The translations under genes were made by a program, and so were the position numbers. Below, piece by piece: positions 63,049-64,000 of a DNA stretch of 64,000 nt. The notes below the pieces were generated by a model, which was not told where the DNA came from, made no database searches, and was given only the letters and a program-made list of their open reading frames with translations. Positions within the stretch are counted from its first letter, which is position 1. Every line of letters begins with the position of its first letter. The DNA is from Azolla caroliniana (taxonomy: Eukaryota > Plantae > Polypodiophyta): contig JBHGNT010000011.1 of the NCBI GenBank assembly GCA_043228905.1, forward strand, positions 1,674,001 through 1,738,000, read 5' to 3'.

Positions 63049-64000
63049 CCACATGTTGATATCGGATTCGACCTTTTATCCTTTTGCGAACATAGCAGTG
63101 TCGACGTCGTTGGTGATGAGGATAAACATCCTCCCATACCGGTGCCCTTGCGCGATGATCCGACCTTCTGCCTCAATGAAGCACCTGAGGTGCGTAAACT
63201 GTACCTGCATCCCCTAGACAACGATCTTCCCGACCGACACTAGGTTCTTTGTGATTGTCAGAACATGTCGTACGTTCATCAACTTTCCCTTTTGTCCGAC
63301 ATGGCTTAAAGGAACTTCTCCGACATGCACAATCAGGTGAGGAGTGTCGTCTCCAGTTTTGACAACTCCCAGTTGCTTCGGTTTTTCCAAAAACAAGAGC
63401 CACTCTTCATGGATCGTCATGTGGTTTGATGCTCCGGAGTCAACATGCCACACTTCCTCCGATCCGGAAGTGTTCTTCTTCATCGAGTTCGCCTTGTGCT
63501 TCATCACAATAGTTGGCCCTTTTCTGGTCTTTCCGATTCCGAATCCTTCTAATCCTTCAGTGTAGTGCGACCTTTGCCAGCTCCCTTGTCCGGTCTTGCC
63601 GGATCCGGATTTATCCGAATCGGCACGCTTCTTTCAACACTCGCTCTCTCGGTGGCCTTTCTTGCCACAATACCAACATTCCATTTCGGCCTTCCGGCGT
63701 CGGTTTTCGGCGTCGCTTTGACTCTCCCTGCTTGTGGAGGGTCAGGAACTATTGTCGGCACTATCACTGTGCCTCCGATTCTGTTCTTGCCAGCCATTAC
63801 TATTGCGTGCCGATCCACCTCGTCCTCCACGCCCACAGGGCCGATCCGCCTCTGTGTACAACATCTGATTGTCTGACTGAGTGGTCTTTGACCCACTCGC
63901 GTGGTTTTCTTCGACCATCAGTATCAATTGCAGGTTGAAGAAGGAGGTTGGTTTCTCCCAAGTGCAAATCGTTGTCCGGATTGGCTCGTACTGATGTGCC

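Larger units (their letters stand above)
56266..64000 (-). mobile_element. Ty1/copia family A copy 3 (degenerate, runs off window), carrying four solo-LTR insertions
   Basis: 3' LTR 56266-56610, PPT GAGGGTGAG, tail, RNase H 58129-58716, RT, integrase ~61740-62460, protease WHVDSGASNHM at 63214-63507, and gag end to 64000. Confidence 0.93.

Overview
Eukaryotic, transposon-dense genomic DNA from a land plant, probably seed-free such as a fern. That assignment is inferred from plant-type Ty1/copia elements with tRNA-iMet primer sites plus an apparently intact ciliary gene. The only clear host gene is a multi-exon CEP162-like coiled-coil gene on the minus strand (~33492-47427). The rest is nested mobile DNA. 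(1) Three copies of one copia family (1-15536 +, 47673-53253 +, 56266->64000 -), all with an unusual in-frame tail after RNase H. (2) Three other copia elements (15651-~27070 +, 19702-25106 -, ~28890-31920 -). (3) An ~11.7 kb two-gene DNA transposon with a spliced, decayed Sola2-like DDD transposase and intronic tandem arrays (2161-13830). (4) A captured gene fragment with a RING-H2-like finger inside an LTR. (5) A gag-only Ty3/gypsy derivative and at least five solo LTRs. The most unusual signals are antisense tRNA-derived (Pol III A/B box) modules in LTR ends, an unnamed 'NNE..FARAFA.E..W' protein family present in two different mobile contexts, and the conserved post-RNase H tail. Family assignments are from motif recognition by eye; no database searches were run.
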